DNA of 63,142 nucleotides, filler included, from 13 parts of 13 records of this genome joined end to end with filler, not necessarily neighbours in it, one strand, 5' to 3'; counted from the first letter of the whole stretch, positions 1 through 14,755 are shown. The notes: generated by a model from the sequence alone, not told the origin. Numbers and translations: made by a program.

Positions 1-30
1 ATAAGGCGTTTACGCCGCATCCGGCATTTG
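1..30. repeat. REP (palindromic unit) element, partial
   Basis: ATAAGGCGTTTACGCCGCATCCGGCA matches the enterobacterial REP consensus; lies downstream of nrdD. Confidence 0.85.
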
Positions 31-48
31 CTTAGCTCAGAGTGAAGA

Positions 49-2187
49 TTAACCTATCTGCCCATTCCCCAAATGTTTAACGCGGCGCTTAACTTCTTCC
101 TGCTTACCAGCGTTAAACGGACGTGCATCCGGGCTACCTAAATATCCGCACACGCGGCGAGTTACCGACACACGGGAGGCGTCATGGTTACCACATTTCG
201 GGCAAGTGAAGCCTTTGCTGGTGCACTCGAACTCACCGGTAAAGCCACACTCGTAGCACTCATCAATCGGTGTATTGGTGCCGTAATACGGTACATGCTG
301 ATAGCTGTAATCCCAGACATCTTCCAGCGCCTTCAGGTTGTGCTGAATGTTTGGATACTCGCCGTAGCAAATGAAACCACCGTTCGCCAGCGGCGGGTAA
401 GGCGCTTCAAAGTCGATCTTGTCGTACGGGTTCACCTTCTTCTCCACATCGAGGTGGAAACTGTTGGTGTAGTAACCTTTATCGGTCACGCCCGGCACCA
501 CGCCAAACTCAGCAGTATCGAGACGGCAGAAGCGATCGCACAGGTTTTCACTCGGCGTGCTGTAGAGACTGAAACCATAACCCGTTTCTTCTTTCCACTG
601 ATCCACTGCCTGACGCAGACGTTCAACAATGGCGATACCTTTCGCGCGAAGCTGCTCGTTGTCGTAAACATGCTCGCCGCCGAACAGCGCGTTAATGGTT
701 TCGTGGATGCCGATGTAACCCAGCGAAATAGACGCACGACCGTTTTTGAAGATTTCAGAAACATCATCGTCAGCATTGAGACGCACGCCACAAGCACCTT
801 CCATATAGAGGATCGGGGCCACGCGCGCTTTCACGCCTTCGAGACGAGCGATACGGGTCATCAGCGCCTTACGTGCCAGCACCAGACGTTCATCCAGCAG
901 CTTCCAGAAGGTGGCTTCATCGCCTTTTGCTTCCAGAGCAATACGCGGCAGGTTCAGGCTGATCACGCCGAGGTTGTTACGACCATCGTGGATCTGCTCG
1001 CCGTTTTCATTTTCCCACACGCCGAGGAAGCTGCGGCAGCCCATCGGAGTTTTAAACGAACCGGTGACTTTCACTACCTGATCGTAGTTCAGGATATCCG
1101 GATACATGCGCTTGCTTGCGCACTCCAGCGCCAGCTGTTTGATGTCGTAGTTCGGATCGCCTTTTTTATGGTTCAGGCCATCGCGAATCGCAAACACCAG
1201 TTTCGGGAACACCGCAGTTTTACGGTTTTTACCGAGGCCTGCGATACGGTTACGCAGGATCGATTCCTGAATCAGGCGCGATTCCCAGCTGGTGCCCAGG
1301 CCAAAACCAAAGGTTACAAACGGCGTCTGACCGTTGGCGGTGTGCAGGGTGTTTACTTCGTACTCCAGTGACTGGAAGGCATCGTAGCACTCTTTGATGG
1401 TTCGAGAGTTAGCGTAGCCTTCGGCGTCCGGGATGTTCCACTCTTCTGCGGTCTTGCGATGTTTGTTGTAGCTGGCAGTGACAAACGGTGCCAGCACTTC
1501 ATCGATACGGTTAATGGTGGTGCCGCCATAAATATGGCTGGCAACCTGAGCAATAATCTGCGCAGTTACCGCGGTTGCCGTAGAGATCGACTTCGGCGGT
1601 TCAATCTCGGCGTTCCCCATTTTAAAGCCCTGGGTCAGCATGCCTTTCAGGTCGATCAACATGCAGTTGAACATCGGGAAGAACGGTGAGTAATCGAGAT
1701 CGTGATAGTGAATATCGCCACGCTCATGTGCCTGCACCACGTCACGCGGCAGCAGGTGCTGACGTGCATAGTGTTTAGCCACGATCCCGGCCAGCAGGTC
1801 GCGCTGGGTTGGAATCACCTTGCTGTCTTTGTTGGCGTTTTCGTTGAGTAACGAGGCGTTGGTCTGCTCGACCAGACCACGGATCTCCTGGTTCAGGCGA
1901 CCGCGTTTTTCACGTTCAATGTCGCGATCGTGACGGTACTCGATGTAAGCACGAGCCAGTTGTTTGTATGGACCTGACATCAGCTGATTTTCAACTGCGG
2001 TCTGGATCTCATTGATATCCACCTGGTTGCGGCCCTGCATCTGCTCGCTGACAACCGCGGCAACAGTGGCGCAATAATCGGCATCATCGACTTCCGCTGC
2101 TTTAGCTGCACGCAGAATCGCTTCTTTGATGCGCTCTGATTTAAACGGCACTTTGCAGCCGTCTCGTTTCATCACATGCGGTGTCAT
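49..2187 (-). CDS. nrdD: Anaerobic (class III) ribonucleoside-triphosphate reductase
   Basis: 712 aa; N-terminal ATP cone, CYEC...CPKC metal site, glycyl-radical motif RVCGYLG. Confidence 0.99.
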   Translation of the reverse strand: MTPHVMKRDGCKVPFKSERIKEAILRAAKAAEVDDADYCATVAAVVSEQMQGRNQVDINEIQTAVENQLMSGPYKQLARAYIEYRHDRDIEREKRGRLNQEIRGLVEQTNASLLNENANKDSKVIPTQRDLLAGIVAKHYARQHLLPRDVVQAHERGDIHYHDLDYSPFFPMFNCMLIDLKGMLTQGFKMGNAEIEPPKSISTATAVTAQIIAQVASHIYGGTTINRIDEVLAPFVTASYNKHRKTAEEWNIPDAEGYANSRTIKECYDAFQSLEYEVNTLHTANGQTPFVTFGFGLGTSWESRLIQESILRNRIAGLGKNRKTAVFPKLVFAIRDGLNHKKGDPNYDIKQLALECASKRMYPDILNYDQVVKVTGSFKTPMGCRSFLGVWENENGEQIHDGRNNLGVISLNLPRIALEAKGDEATFWKLLDERLVLARKALMTRIARLEGVKARVAPILYMEGACGVRLNADDDVSEIFKNGRASISLGYIGIHETINALFGGEHVYDNEQLRAKGIAIVERLRQAVDQWKEETGYGFSLYSTPSENLCDRFCRLDTAEFGVVPGVTDKGYYTNSFHLDVEKKVNPYDKIDFEAPYPPLANGGFICYGEYPNIQHNLKALEDVWDYSYQHVPYYGTNTPIDECYECGFTGEFECTSKGFTCPKCGNHDASRVSVTRRVCGYLGSPDARPFNAGKQEEVKRRVKHLGNGQIG

Positions 2188-2213
2188 GATCGCTCCATAT
2201 TTTTAAGAACAGG

Positions 2214-2436
2214 TTATCCACAGAAATTGGGAAAGGCGTTTTCCGGTTTTTTCGTTTCGTTTTCCGGTGCTTTCCGCAATCGCCATCCGCTTATCCACAA
2301 CGCCGCACCTTTTTCGTGGGGAGCTGTAGTAGCAATTATAGTCGATTAATACAACATATTGGGTTGGGACGCATTTTAAAGTCTATATATAGTGCTTTGC
2401 ATCAAGGATGTTTGAGCTTTTTTTGATGTAGCTCAA
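2214..2436 (-). promoter_or_regulatory. nrdD upstream region with two DnaA-box 9-mers, NrdR-like boxes and an FNR site
   Basis: TTATCCACA at 2214-2222 and 2291-2299; FNR-like TTGAT-N4-CTCAA at 2423-2436; AT-palindromic NrdR-like boxes near 2350-2395. Confidence 0.7.
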
Positions 2437-2537
2437 AGTAAAAAGCAGAGCGTACGGATGACGGGCGCTACAGCGATATGTAAATTTTTTAATGAATTTG
2501 CTGGTTGAAAAATCAACAAAAACAACATACTGACAGA

Positions 2538-2571
2538 CAAAACCCCGGAATGACCGGCATTACCGGGGCTT
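2538..2571 (-). terminator. Probable intrinsic terminator of treBC
   Basis: CCCCGG...CCGGGG stem followed by a T-run on the minus strand, just after the treC stop. Confidence 0.7.
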
Positions 2572-2580
2572 AGGGAAGAT

Positions 2581-4236
2581 TTACTTCTGTAACCACCAGA
2601 CAGCCTCAAAAGGCCGTAAATTCATGGCACAGGGTTGTGGTGAGGCTTCTTCGTAGTTATGCATCACAAGCTGCCAGTTGCCGCGCATTTGCCCTGCCTG
2701 CCAGGGTTGGATCTCACGGCTAAGGTTGGCAATGACCAGCAAGGTTTGCCCCTTCCATTCACGGCGATAGCACCACAATACAGGGCTGTTTGGCAGCAGA
2801 TCCTGGTAATTGCCCCATGTCAGGATGGCTTCCTGCTTACGCAGTGCGATTAACTTTTGGTAGGTGTAAAACACCGAGGAATCATCGGCCAGCGCGGCTT
2901 CTACGTTGATTTGTTGATAGTTATCGCCCAGGCCAATCCACGGTTCGCCAGCCGTAAACCCGGCATTATCGCCGTTGCTCCATTGCATGGGCGTGCGACT
3001 GTTGTCACGGGATTTACTGGCGAGGATTGCCAATAACTCGTCGGCATCACGCCCATCGTTGCGCAGCTCGGCAAACATATTGAGGCTCTCTACGTCGCGA
3101 TAGTCAGTAATGCGCGTGAAATGCGGGTTGGTCATGCCAATCTCTTCGCCCTGGTAGATATACGGCGTTCCCTGCATGCCATGCAGCACCATCGCCAGCA
3201 TTTTTGCCGCAGGCACGCGGTATTCACCTTCATCACCAAAGCGAGAAACAATGCGCGGCTGATCGTGGTTACACCAGAACAAGGCATTCCATGCTACGTT
3301 GTGCATTCCTTGTTGCCAGTGGCGGAACAATGTTTTCAACGCCACAAAGTCAGGTTTAGCCAGCGTCCATTTTTCACCACCGGGATAATCGACCTTCAGG
3401 TGATGAAAATTAAAGGTCATCGACAATTCACTGCCTGTCAGAGCCGCGTATCGCTGGCAATGCTCAAGGCTGGTGGAGGACATTTCACCTACGGTCATTA
3501 ACCCGCGTGGCGTAAACACATCGCGGTTCATCTCGTGCAAAAACTCGTGTGCTCGTGGCCCGTCGGTGTAGAAGCGACGCCCGTCGCCGTCCAGGTCTTC
3601 AGGGAAACGCGGGTCTTTGGAGATCAGATTCACCACATCCAGGCGCAACCCGTCGACCCCACGATCGGCCCAGAACTCACAGACTTTTTTCAGCTCTGCG
3701 CGTACCGCTGGATTCTCCCAGTTGAGATCCGCCTGTTCTGGTGCAAAGAGATGCAAATAGTACTGTTCGCTTTCCGCATGCCAGCGCCACGCACTACCGC
3801 CAAATTTTGAACGCCAGTTGTTCGGTGGCGTTTCTGGTTCTCCATCGCGCCAGATATAAAACTGGCGGTAAGGGCTTTCTTTGTTCAGCGCCTCGCGAAA
3901 CCAGGCATGTTGGGTAGAGGTATGGTTAAACACCATATCGAGAATGATACGAATCCCGCGCGATTTTGCCTGCGTCACCAGTTCGTCAAAATCGTCCAGC
4001 GTGCCGTAGGTGGGATCAATCGCCGTATAGTTCGCTACGTCGTAACCGTTATCGACCTGGGGAGAGACATAAAAGGGGGTTAGCCAGATGGCATCAACGC
4101 CCAGTTTATGCAGATAGTCCAGGTGTTGGATAACGCCACGTAAATCGCCGGTACCGCTACCCGTGGTGTCCTGAAAACTCTTTGGATAAATCTGGTAGAT
4201 AACGCCGTTTTGCCACCAGTGGGGAAGATGAGTCAT
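2581..4236 (-). CDS. treC: Trehalose-6-phosphate hydrolase (GH13)
   Basis: 551 aa from MTHLPHWWQ; GH13 motifs DGLRLDV, VGEM, NHD. The ORF-track start at 4383 is an over-extension. Confidence 0.98.
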   Translation of the reverse strand: MTHLPHWWQNGVIYQIYPKSFQDTTGSGTGDLRGVIQHLDYLHKLGVDAIWLTPFYVSPQVDNGYDVANYTAIDPTYGTLDDFDELVTQAKSRGIRIILDMVFNHTSTQHAWFREALNKESPYRQFYIWRDGEPETPPNNWRSKFGGSAWRWHAESEQYYLHLFAPEQADLNWENPAVRAELKKVCEFWADRGVDGLRLDVVNLISKDPRFPEDLDGDGRRFYTDGPRAHEFLHEMNRDVFTPRGLMTVGEMSSTSLEHCQRYAALTGSELSMTFNFHHLKVDYPGGEKWTLAKPDFVALKTLFRHWQQGMHNVAWNALFWCNHDQPRIVSRFGDEGEYRVPAAKMLAMVLHGMQGTPYIYQGEEIGMTNPHFTRITDYRDVESLNMFAELRNDGRDADELLAILASKSRDNSRTPMQWSNGDNAGFTAGEPWIGLGDNYQQINVEAALADDSSVFYTYQKLIALRKQEAILTWGNYQDLLPNSPVLWCYRREWKGQTLLVIANLSREIQPWQAGQMRGNWQLVMHNYEEASPQPCAMNLRPFEAVWWLQK

Positions 4237-4285
4237 TACGTTATTCCTGCGAATGCGAGGGGGCGCAATTGCGCCCCGAAGAAAA

Positions 4286-5707
4286 TTAAACAATGTCCAG
4301 CGTGCCCAGGCGGTATTTCCGCTGATAGATAAACGAGGTGAGTACAATCGGGATGATGATGGCGATAGCCATTGCCAGCGCAAACACCTGCCAGTAGCTC
4401 GGTTGAATCGAGAGAATTCCCGGCAGGCCGCCTACGCCGATGCCATTCGCCATAACGCCGTTCAGGCCGCATAGCAATCCTGCCAGACCAGAACCAATCA
4501 TCGCGCACAGCATCGGGAAGCGATATTTCAGGTTGATGCCGTACATTGCAGGCTCAGTGACCCCAAGCCAGGCGGAGATAGCGGCAGGCACGGAGATCTC
4601 GCGTTCATTGTGCTTGCGGCTGGAAATGATAATGCCTATCACGGCGGAGCCCTGAGCGATATTCGACAGCGCAATCAGCGGCCACACTGGCGTACCACCC
4701 ATGCTTTGAATCATCTGCAAATCAATAGCAAGCGTGGTCTGGTGTACACCGGTGATCACCAGCGGGGCGTACAGGAAGCCAAACAATGCTGCGCCAATCG
4801 GAGCAAAGCTGCCGGTCATCAGGTGACGTACCGCAAAGGCAACGCCATCGCCAATCATGCGACCAAACGGACCAATCAGCGCATGGGCGAGGAACACCGC
4901 GAGGATCAGCGAACAGACGGGTACCACCACCAGATAGAGGTAATCCGGCACGATGCGTTTAAGGCGAGTTTCAATAACGCCCAGCGCCAGTCCGGCTAAC
5001 AGTGCCGGGATCACCTGCGCCTGATAGCCTACTTTGGCGATGCTGAACATGCCAAAGTCCCACACTTCCGGCAGCTGCTGCCCGAGCAGATAAGCGTTCA
5101 TCAGCTGTGGAGAAACCAGTGTCACGCCAAGCACGATACCAAGGATCGGCGTGCCGCCCATTTTTTTCACCGCTGACCAGCAAATACCGACCGGCAGGTA
5201 GAAGAAGATCGCTTCACCGATCAACCACAGAAAATCGTAGATCGTTTGCAGGGAAGGGTACATTTGCGCCAGCGTCTGACCGTTGCTCATGGGCAAATCG
5301 CCGATCACATTGCGAAAACCGAGGATCAAACCGCCGCTAATCAACGCGGGCAGCAACGGGAAGAAGATCACCGCGAAATGAGAGATCAACTGCTCATGCC
5401 ATTTCATATTATGCCGGGCGGCTTTTTTTACCTGCTCTTTATCAACCTGCGCCTGTCCGGTTGACGCAATCAGTGCTTGATAGTAATCACCCACGTTGGT
5501 GCCAATCACCACCTGAAATTGCCCGGCATTGGTGAAACAGCCTTTCACCATAGGGAGTTGCTCAATTTCTTTCGGTCTGGCATTGGCCGGTTGGTTGAGG
5601 ACAAAGCGTAGGCGAGTAATACAGTGGCTCACCGTCGCAATATTGCCGCGCCCGCCGACCAGTTCAATCAACCGATCGATATCCGTTTGGTTTATTTTGC
5701 TCATCAT
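4286..5707 (-). CDS. treB: PTS trehalose-specific EIIBC
   Basis: 473 aa; EIIB motif HCITRLRF, hydrophobic EIIC with GVTEPAMYG. Confidence 0.98.
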   Translation of the reverse strand: MMSKINQTDIDRLIELVGGRGNIATVSHCITRLRFVLNQPANARPKEIEQLPMVKGCFTNAGQFQVVIGTNVGDYYQALIASTGQAQVDKEQVKKAARHNMKWHEQLISHFAVIFFPLLPALISGGLILGFRNVIGDLPMSNGQTLAQMYPSLQTIYDFLWLIGEAIFFYLPVGICWSAVKKMGGTPILGIVLGVTLVSPQLMNAYLLGQQLPEVWDFGMFSIAKVGYQAQVIPALLAGLALGVIETRLKRIVPDYLYLVVVPVCSLILAVFLAHALIGPFGRMIGDGVAFAVRHLMTGSFAPIGAALFGFLYAPLVITGVHQTTLAIDLQMIQSMGGTPVWPLIALSNIAQGSAVIGIIISSRKHNEREISVPAAISAWLGVTEPAMYGINLKYRFPMLCAMIGSGLAGLLCGLNGVMANGIGVGGLPGILSIQPSYWQVFALAMAIAIIIPIVLTSFIYQRKYRLGTLDIV

Positions 5708-5771
5708 AAAGCCCCATGGCAGATGACATTTTTGGTTGGCTGCAGAATATATTGCGCGGAAAAATTTAAAA

Positions 5772-5871
5772 NNNNNNNNNNNNNNNNNNNNNNNNNNNNN
5801 NNNNNNNNNNNNNNNTTAATTAATTAANNNNNNNNNNNNNNNNNNNNNNNNNNNNNNNNNNNNNNNNNNNN
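5772..5871. other. Artificial contig linker N44-TTAATTAATTAA-N44 (first of 12)
   Basis: Identical 100-bp linkers start at 5772, 15300, 20923, 23507, 26440, 29371, 31537, 33836, 36032, 38253, 40887 and 43606; the core has stops in all six frames; flanking genes are cut mid-CDS. Confidence 0.99.
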
Positions 5872-6859
5872 TAACGATGCGCCAGTGTTGCTGGACCACT
5901 TCCTCGATGACGCGGTAGAAGTTGACGTGGATGCCATCTGCGACGGCGAAATGGTGCTGATTGGCGGCATCATGGAGCATATTGAGCAGGCGGGCGTGCA
6001 CTCCGGTGACTCCGCATGTTCTCTGCCAGCCTACACCTTAAGTCAGGAAATTCAGGATGTGATGCGCCAGCAGGTGCAGAAACTGGCCTTCGAATTGCAG
6101 GTGCGCGGCCTGATGAACGTGCAGTTTGCGGTGAAAAACAACGAAGTCTACCTGATTGAAGTTAACCCGCGTGCGGCGCGTACCGTTCCGTTCGTCTCCA
6201 AAGCCACCGGCGTACCGCTGGCAAAAGTGGCGGCGCGCGTGATGGCTGGCAAATCGCTGGCTGAGCAGGGCGTAACCAAAGAAGTTATCCCGCCGTACTA
6301 CTCGGTGAAAGAAGTGGTGCTGCCGTTCAATAAATTCCCGGGCGTTGACCCGCTGTTAGGGCCAGAAATGCGCTCTACCGGGGAAGTCATGGGCGTGGGC
6401 CGCACCTTCGCTGAAGCGTTTGCCAAAGCGCAGCTGGGCAGCAACTCCACCATGAAGAAACACGGTCGTGCGCTGCTTTCCGTGCGCGAAGGCGATAAAG
6501 AACGCGTGGTGGACCTGGCGGCAAAACTGCTGAAACAGGGCTTCGAGCTGGATGCGACCCACGGCACGGCGATTGTGCTGGGCGAAGCAGGTATCAACCC
6601 GCGTCTGGTAAACAAGGTGCATGAAGGCCGTCCGCACATTCAGGACCGTATCAAGAATGGCGAATATACCTACATCATCAACACCACCTCAGGCCGTCGT
6701 GCGATTGAAGACTCCCGCGTGATTCGTCGCAGTGCGCTGCAATATAAAGTGCATTACGACACCACCCTGAACGGCGGCTTTGCCACCGCGATGGCGCTGA
6801 ATGCCGATGCGACTGAAAAAGTAATTTCGGTGCAGGAAATGCACGCACAGATCAAATAA
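5872..6859 (+). CDS. carB: Carbamoyl-phosphate synthase large subunit, 3' part (truncated by contig edge)
   Basis: HSGDSAC and EVNPRAART motifs, MGS domain, ends QEMHAQIK. Confidence 0.98.
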
Positions 6860-6911
6860 TAGCGTGTCATGGCAGATATTTTTCATCCGCTAATTTGATC
6901 GAATAACTAAT

Positions 6912-6941
6912 ACGGTTCTCTGATGAGGACCGTTTTTTTTT
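6912..6941 (+). terminator. Intrinsic terminator after carB
   Basis: ACGGTTCTC-TGAT-GAGGACCGT stem-loop followed by a T-run. Confidence 0.8.
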
Positions 6942-7120
6942 GCCCATTAAGTAAATCTTTTGGGGAATCGATATTTTTGATGACATAAGCAGGATTTAGC
7001 TCACACTTATCGACGGTGAAGTTGCATACTATCGATATATCCACAATTTTAATATGGCCTTGTTTAATTGCTTCAAAACGAGTCATAGCCAGACTTTTAA
7101 TTTGTGAAACTGGAGTTCGT

Positions 7121-7516
7121 ATGTGTGAAGGATATGTTGAAAAACCACTCTACTTGTTAATCGCCGAATGGATGATGGCTGAAAATCGGTGGGTGATAGC
7201 AAGAGAGATCTCTATTCATTTCGATATTGAACACAGCAAGGCGGTTAATACCCTGACTTATATTCTGTCGGAAGTCACAGAAATAAGCTGCGAAGTTAAG
7301 ATGATCCCTAATAAGCTGGAAGGGCGGGGATGCCAGTGTCAGCGACTGGTTAAAGTGGTCGATATCGATGAGCAAATTTACGCGCGCCTGCGCAATAACA
7401 GTCGGGAAAAATTAGTCGGTGTAAGAAAGACGCCGCGTATTCCTGCCGTTCCGCTCACGGAACTTAACCGCGAGCAGAAGTGGCAGATGATGTTGTCAAA
7501 GAGTATGCGTCGTTAA
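7121..7516 (+). CDS. caiF: Carnitine-responsive transcriptional activator CaiF
   Basis: 131 aa from MCEGYVEKPL; position between carB and caiE. Confidence 0.96.
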   Translation: MCEGYVEKPLYLLIAEWMMAENRWVIAREISIHFDIEHSKAVNTLTYILSEVTEISCEVKMIPNKLEGRGCQCQRLVKVVDIDEQIYARLRNNSREKLVGVRKTPRIPAVPLTELNREQKWQMMLSKSMRR

Positions 7517-7601
7517 TTTTATCTCGTTGATACCGGGCGTCCTGCTTGCCAGATGCGATGTTGTAGCATCTTATCCAGCAACCAGGTCGCATCCGGCAAG
7601 A

Positions 7602-8192
7602 TCACCGTTTAGGCGTCACATCCGTCGTCCCCTGCAAACGGGGGCGATTTTCCTCCATTTGCCTCAGTGGCTGCGTTTCATGTAACGATACATGACAGCG
7701 CCCGACAAGATCCTGATACTCTTTGGTATTCAACCGTTTCCAGTGTAACTCGTCGTCACTAACATTGCGTACAGCGCGGGCTGGCGTACCCATCAACAAC
7801 TGGCGTTTCTCGCCGCGAAAGCCCGCTTTGACAAAGCTCATGGCGGCAACAATGCTCTCTTCGCCAATGACCGCGCCATCCATAATCACGCTGTTCATCC
7901 CGACCAATGCATCGCGACCAATCAAACAACCATGCAGGATCGCTCCGTGCCCGATATGGCCGTTTTCCCCAACGATAGTGTCAGTGTCGCAGTAGCCATG
8001 CATAATGCAGCCATCCTGAATATTGGCTCCCGCTTGCACGATCAACCGCCCGTAGTCACCACGCAGTGAGGCGAGTGGGCCGATGTAGACACCGGCTCCC
8101 ACAATCACATCGCCAATCAAGACGGCACTGGGATGGACAAACGCCGTCGGGTGAACCACCGGAATTAACCCCTCAAAGGCGTAATAGCTCAC
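7602..8192 (-). CDS. caiE: Carnitine operon protein CaiE (hexapeptide repeat, gamma-CA-like)
   Basis: Hexapeptide repeats, LRGD motif; GTG start inferred. Confidence 0.95.
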   Translation of the reverse strand: MSYYAFEGLIPVVHPTAFVHPSAVLIGDVIVGAGVYIGPLASLRGDYGRLIVQAGANIQDGCIMHGYCDTDTIVGENGHIGHGAILHGCLIGRDALVGMNSVIMDGAVIGEESIVAAMSFVKAGFRGEKRQLLMGTPARAVRNVSDDELHWKRLNTKEYQDLVGRCHVSLHETQPLRQMEENRPRLQGTTDVTPKR

Positions 8193-8197
8193 GGTTG

Positions 8198-8983
8198 TTA
8201 ACGTCCTTTCCACACCGGATCGCGCTTCTCGGCAAACGCCAGCGGCCCTTCAATGGCATCTTCCGAATGCAGAACCGATGGATAGTGTTTCAACACGCCG
8301 CTGCGAATATAGCGATACGCTTCTTCTACCGGCATTTCGCTGGTGGTGCGGTAGATCTCTTTCAGCGCCGCAATCGCCAGCGGGGCGCTGTTAACCAGCT
8401 GCTGAGCCAGTTCGCGGGCGTTATCCATCAGTTCCGCCTGGCTAACCACGCGGTTGACTATCCCCCAACGCAGCGCCTCTTCTGCGCCCATTCGTCTGCC
8501 GGTCATCACCATTTCATTGACGATGGCAGGCGGCAGGATCTTCGGCAGACGCAGCACACCGCCGCTGTCAGGAACGATGCCCAGTTTGGCTTCCGGCAGG
8601 GCGAAGCTGGCGTTATCGGCACAAACAATAAAATCTGCCGCCAGCGCCAGTTCAAAGCCGCCGCCAAAGGCATAGCCGTTCACAGCTGCGATAACCGGTT
8701 TGTCGAGATTGAAAATTTCGGTTAATCCCGCAAAACCACCCGGACCAAAGTCAGCATCCGGTGCTTCGCCTTCTGCTGCCGCTTTTAAATCCCAGCCCGC
8801 GGAAAAGAACTTCTCTCCGGCACCGGTAATAATGGCGACACGTAATTGCGGATCGTCACGGAAATTTAGAAATACTTCGCCCATTTCAAAGCTGGTTTTT
8901 GCATCAATAGCATTCGCTTTTGGACGATCAAGGGTAATTTCCAGAATTGATCCATTGCGGGTCAGATGTAATGATTCACTCAT
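8198..8983 (-). CDS. caiD: Carnitinyl-CoA dehydratase
   Basis: Crotonase motifs [15 protein letters not shown]; starts MSESLHL. Confidence 0.96.
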   Translation of the reverse strand: MSESLHLTRNGSILEITLDRPKANAIDAKTSFEMGEVFLNFRDDPQLRVAIITGAGEKFFSAGWDLKAAAEGEAPDADFGPGGFAGLTEIFNLDKPVIAAVNGYAFGGGFELALAADFIVCADNASFALPEAKLGIVPDSGGVLRLPKILPPAIVNEMVMTGRRMGAEEALRWGIVNRVVSQAELMDNARELAQQLVNSAPLAIAALKEIYRTTSEMPVEEAYRYIRSGVLKHYPSVLHSEDAIEGPLAFAEKRDPVWKGR

Positions 8984-9091
8984 TCCTTTTCTCCATTTTT
9001 GCTTTTTCAGGGACGACAACATCCCTGCAAAAAATGCATATTGTTTTAGAGTGTGATTATTAGCTGGCAGGGTAGTTCCCTGCTGTTTCAT

Positions 9092-10645
9092 TTATTTCAG
9101 ATTCTTTCTAATTATTTTCCCCGAGCAATTACGTGGCAGATCTTTTCTGATCTCCAGATAAGAGGGCACTTTAAATTTCGCCATATTTTGTTCGCAGAAG
9201 CGGAAAAATTCCTCTTCGCTCAATGTTTCACCTTCATTCAGCACCACAAATGCTTTGATGGCTTCATCGCGAATCGAATCTTTAATACCCACAACCACGA
9301 TGTCCTGAATTTTCGGGTGCGCGGCGATAATATTTTCCAGCTCCACGCAGGAGACATTCTCGCCGCCACGTTTAATCATATTGCAGCGGCGATCGACGAA
9401 ATAAAAAAAGTCCTCTTCGTCGCGGTATCCGGTATCGCCGGTATGCAGCCAGCCATCGGCTTCCAGCACTTTCGCAGTGGCTTGTGGGTTGAGAAAGTAC
9501 TCTTTGAAGATGGTTTTCCCAGGTATGCCTTTAATGCAGATTTCACCGATCTCACCAGCCGGGAGCGGGCGATTGTGATCGTCGCGGATCTCCGCTTCGT
9601 AGCAAAACCCCACCCGACCAATCGACGGCCAGCGTCGTTTATCGCCAGGACGATCGCCGATAATGCCCACAATGGTTTCCGTCATCCCATAAGACGTCAG
9701 CAAGCGAACGCCGAAGCGTTCACAAAACGCATCTTTTTCCTGCTCCGACAAGTTGAGATAAAACATCACTTCCCGCAGGCGGTGTTGCTGATCGTTCGCT
9801 GAAGGCGGCTGTACCATCAACGTACGGATCATCATCGGAATACATTCGGTAACGGTGGCGCGGTACTTCTGTACCTGTCCCCAGAAGGCGCGGGCGCTGT
9901 ATTTCTCGACCAGCACAAAGGTGGCCCCGGCAGAAAACGCCGCCATCGCCGCAGTACACTGGCAATCGATATGAAACGCAGGCATTACCGTCAGGTAGAC
10001 GTCATCGTCACGCAGTGCACACTGCCAGGCGGAGTAATATCCAGCGAAGCGCAGGTTGTAATGGGTAATCACCACACCTTTCGGTCGGGAGGTGGTGCCG
10101 GAGGTGAAGAGAATTTCCGCCGTATCGTCAGTCGATAGCGGCGGTGCATAGCACAAGGTGGCAGGTTGTTGATTTTTCAGTTGAGTAAACGAACTCACGC
10201 CATCATCAGCGGGAAGTGCCACATCTGTCAGGCAAATGTGCCGCAATTGAGTGGCATCTTCCTGCTGAATCTGTTGATACATAGGATAGAATTGCGCACT
10301 GGTCACCAGCAGGCACGCCTGGCTATTTTGCAGGATCCACGCGCTTTCCTCGCACAACAGGCGGGCGTTAATCGGCACCATAATCGCGCCAATTTTTGCC
10401 AGCCCGAACCAGCAAAAGATAAATTCCGGGCAGTTGTCGAGATGTAGTGCAACCTTGTCGCCTTTGCGAATCCCCAGCGTATAAAACAGGTTTGCCGTGC
10501 GGTTAATCTCCTGATTTAACTCAAGATAACTATACCGGTTAACGACTCCGCCGCTGGATTCACAAATCAGCGCCGTTTTATGACCGTAAACGTCCGCAAG
10601 ATCGTCCCACATTTGACGTAGATGTTGTCCGCCAATGATATCCAT
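9092..10645 (-). CDS. caiC: Crotonobetaine/carnitine-CoA ligase
   Basis: AMP-binding motifs [19 protein letters not shown]. Confidence 0.96.
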
Positions 10646-10718
10646 TGCACCTCTATCCATTTTTGTTCGTTTGTTATTGGGCGGGCGCTAGTCAGGCAAG
10701 CCGACTGACGCCACGCGT

Positions 10719-11954
<1,236 letters not shown>

Positions 11955-11969
11955 TTATGTAGCGCATGA

Positions 11970-12055
11970 CTGCCGGATGCGGCGTAAACGCTTTATCCGG
12001 CCTACATTCGTGCTCCCGTAGGCCTGATAAGACGCATCAGCGTCGCATCAGGCAG
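11970..12055. repeat. Pair of REP elements between caiA and caiB
   Basis: GCCGGATGCGGCGTAAACGCTTTATCCGGCCTAC and inverted GTAGGCCTGATAAGACGCATCAGCGTCGCATCAGGC. Confidence 0.92.
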
Positions 12056-12064
12056 CGCACGGAC

Positions 12065-13207
12065 TTAGCGGTATTGCTTCAGCACCGCACGACCCAGCGT
12101 CAGGATCTGCATTTCGTCAGATCCCCCGGAGACGCGGTCTACACGCAGATCACGCCAGAAGCGGCTGATGCGGTGGTTGCCCGCAATCCCGACACCGCCC
12201 AGCACCTGCATTGCGCTATCCACAACTTCAAATGCCGCATTGGCGCAGAAGTATTTGCACATCGCTGCATCGCCAGAGGTGATGGTGCCGTTGTCTGCTT
12301 TCCACGCTGCTTCATACAGCATGTTTTTCATGGAGTTTAATTTGATCGCCATGTGGGCGAATTTTTCCTGAATCAACTGGAAACGACCAATAGCCTCGCC
12401 AAACTGCACGCGCTGATTGGCGTAGCGCGCCGCATCTTCAAAGGCGCACATCGCCGTACCGTAGTTGGTGAGGGCTACCAGGAAACGTTCATGGTCGAAC
12501 TCTTCTTTGACGCGGTTAAAGCCGTTACCTTCCCGACCGAACATGTCTTTCTCGTCCAGTTCCACGTCGTCAAAGGTGATTTCACAGCAGCTATCCATAC
12601 GCAGACCGAGCTTTTCAAGTTTGGTCACTTTGATGCCCGGTTTGCTCATATCAACAAACCATTCGGTGTAGACAGGTTTGTCCGGAGAAGCCCCGTCGCG
12701 CGCCATCACCACGATGTACGGGGTGTAGGCGCTGCTGGTAATAAAACACTTACTACCATTAAGATAAATCTTACCATTTCTACGGGTATAAGTCGTTTTC
12801 AGGCTACCCACGTCGGAGCCCGCGCCCGGTTCGGTAATCGCTGAGTTCCACATCTGCTTACCGGTGCCGCGGAAAGCCATAATTTTGTCGATCTGCTCTT
12901 GTGTGCCTTCGCGCAGGAAGGTGTTGAACCCGCCCGGCAACTGGTACAGCACATAGGTTGGTGCCCCCAGACGTCCCAGCTCCATCCACACGGCGGCGAG
13001 AGTAACAAACCCCGCGTCCAGACCACCGTGCTCTTCAGGGATCAGCAGACTGTCGATACCCATATCCGCCAGTGCTTTGACAAAACGTTCCGGGTAGACG
13101 CTGTCACGGTCGCACTCGGCAAAATAGGCCTCCCAGTTTTCGCTGGCCATCAGTTCGCGGATACCGGCGACAAACAGTTCCTGCTCATCATTTAAATTAA
13201 AATCCAT
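12065..13207 (-). CDS. caiA: Crotonobetainyl-CoA reductase (acyl-CoA dehydrogenase family)
   Basis: 380 aa; [18 protein letters not shown]. Confidence 0.97.
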
Positions 13208-13237
13208 CTTTCAACCTCTTGATATTTTGGGGGTTAA

Positions 13238-14755
<1,518 letters not shown>

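Noticed and set aside
184-1371. Long antisense ORFs (also 22528-23562, 52360-53052, 62066-62839)
   Set aside because: Shadows of well-known genes on the opposite strand, with no recognisable motifs
4259-4277. Perfect palindrome GGGGCGCAATTGCGCCCC between treB and treC
   Set aside because: Ordinary intercistronic stem-loop in a well-studied E. coli operon
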